Of a DNA stretch of 54,811 nt, positions 53,413-54,811 are shown piece after piece; positions within the stretch are counted from its first letter, which is position 1, and each line of letters starts with the position of its first letter. Source of the DNA: Polymyxa betae A26-41 (taxonomy: Eukaryota > Protista > Endomyxa: Phytomyxea); contig RBZT01000568.1 of NCBI GenBank assembly GCA_003693705.1, positions 1 to 54,811 of the forward strand. Direction: 5' to 3'. Both the position numbers and the translations under genes were made by a program. The notes beneath the pieces are model-generated. The model had not been told where the DNA came from. It was given only the letters and a program-made list of their open reading frames with translations, and did not search any database.

Positions 53413-54811
53413 GAGAAAACTACCGATGAACGTTCCTATGATGCAGAAGGGGAATAAAATCTATAGAGTTTGCCTCTCGAGATTCACTCAAAAGAAAGAT
53501 ACTTCGAGGCTTTGGAGCGACTGGCATTGCTTGCCAAACGTTAGAATACGATAGTTGAAATCACACAGAGGGTATGAGCTCATCAGGATTACTAACTATT
53601 TTCCTGATTCTGAGAATGCATTTCTGATGCATGATTTCATATTCCAGCAATCTTGGGTCAACTCAGCAGCTTGTTGGAAGCCCCCAACCCGCACAGACGC
53701 GTCAATTCGATGATACGGCATTAGCAAATAAAATCGGGCACGAAAGTAGGACACCATCGTATTGAGAAAACATTGATTGCTAGTTAATGTTTGGATAAAA
53801 TATCATGCAATGGAAATGCTATGAAAGAGGGCATCAGTATCACAAAATGTTTGAACTGGACTATGTATGCTCTTAATTTTCCAGATTCAGTGTTTTCAGT
53901 TATTCATAATGAAGTATTTGAGGCGTGGTCCAACAGATTTCCCAGCTACATACCTACATCGATTTGCAGGAACGCATCCGATTATATTCCTCCTTGACAC
54001 ACAGGGATCTGGTTCAGGAATCAACAATGGAATGGAATAGTTTAGGCCGCTGGATCTGATCAACGGAGGGTGCTATCACCTTCAGCACAAGGCCATTACT
54101 GGCCTTCTGGCTATATCCGAGACTATCAGGAATACACCAGTCTCAGTAGTGGGAAAGTGCATGATGATTATCACGACATTCATATTAGATGAACGACTAA
54201 CATAATTTTCAAGAATCAAATAGGAGACGTACAAAATTGATTGACAGAAGCTTGGCCGATCCTCTTAAACATCAAACCAGACAATGAATTGCAAAAATAA
54301 GACCTGGCGTTAGGATGTGACCTAATAGTGTGTATTTCTAGCGAATCTCTCAAATCCTCAACAATCATTGAAAGAGTTGTAGAAGTCACAGTTACAGACA
54401 TAGGAATTTGATTGAAATTCCAATGCGTGCAGAGGGAGCCTGTTTGCTGCAGAGCGATAATGTCCTGAGTGCATCGTCGGCAGTCCAGGTTCTTTATGCA
54501 TAGTGGCGCTCCTATTGAACATTATGCAATATATAATTGATAAATAATTTGATATCCATCATTCGGCTGCCCTTTTCTTATTCTCTTCTGTATCAGATTT
54601 ATTAAAAATTACATAAAACTTCTGATTTTCCCAAAAATAGCGTACGCAGTTTGATGGAACTGCGTCCGCAATAAGACTCGAAGACTGACGCATAAATCTG
54701 ATGCGTACTAAAGATGCGAACATTGATGAAGTATGAAGACCTACTCTAATAATATTGGGCTCGACTCCCAGAGGTCCGTACGGACACCGTACGGACTGAG
54801 CTGAATGAAGC

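Overview
This is gene-dense eukaryotic nuclear DNA, not prokaryotic. It holds about 25 protein genes, most broken by short (~45-60 nt) GT-AG or occasional GC-AG introns, and several intergenic spacers are under 100 bp. The ORF track therefore shows exon fragments, and the gene models below were spliced by eye. Ciliary genes, a secreted Pro-rich repeat protein and the intron style suggest a flagellated protist, plausibly a plasmodiophorid rhizarian (inference only). Recognisable genes: MCM6, CSN5, CFAP251/WDR66, an initiator-type tRNA-Met, a mitotic cyclin, RBM26/27, glutathione synthetase, UVSSA-like, PEX3, RNF10, RPS18, NDUFS1, SGF11, GCFC/PAXBP1, SAMHD1-like, CutC, GtrA-like, FAM184, a CDC48-family ATPase, an alpha-carbonic-anhydrase-like protein, a 5'-nucleotidase and an intronless D-Ala-D-Ala-ligase-like ATP-grasp enzyme. 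Most notable: (1) a group II intron domain-I-like fragment at ~27.0-27.2 kb; (2) two unexplained, strongly structured non-coding islands at ~10.6-11.05 kb and ~36.46-36.83 kb; (3) an initiator-type tRNA with C1:G72; (4) a secreted PVYK-repeat/mucin protein resembling plant wall proline-rich proteins; (5) a carbonic anhydrase that has lost two Zn ligands; (6) co-directional gene pairs only 58-137 bp apart.
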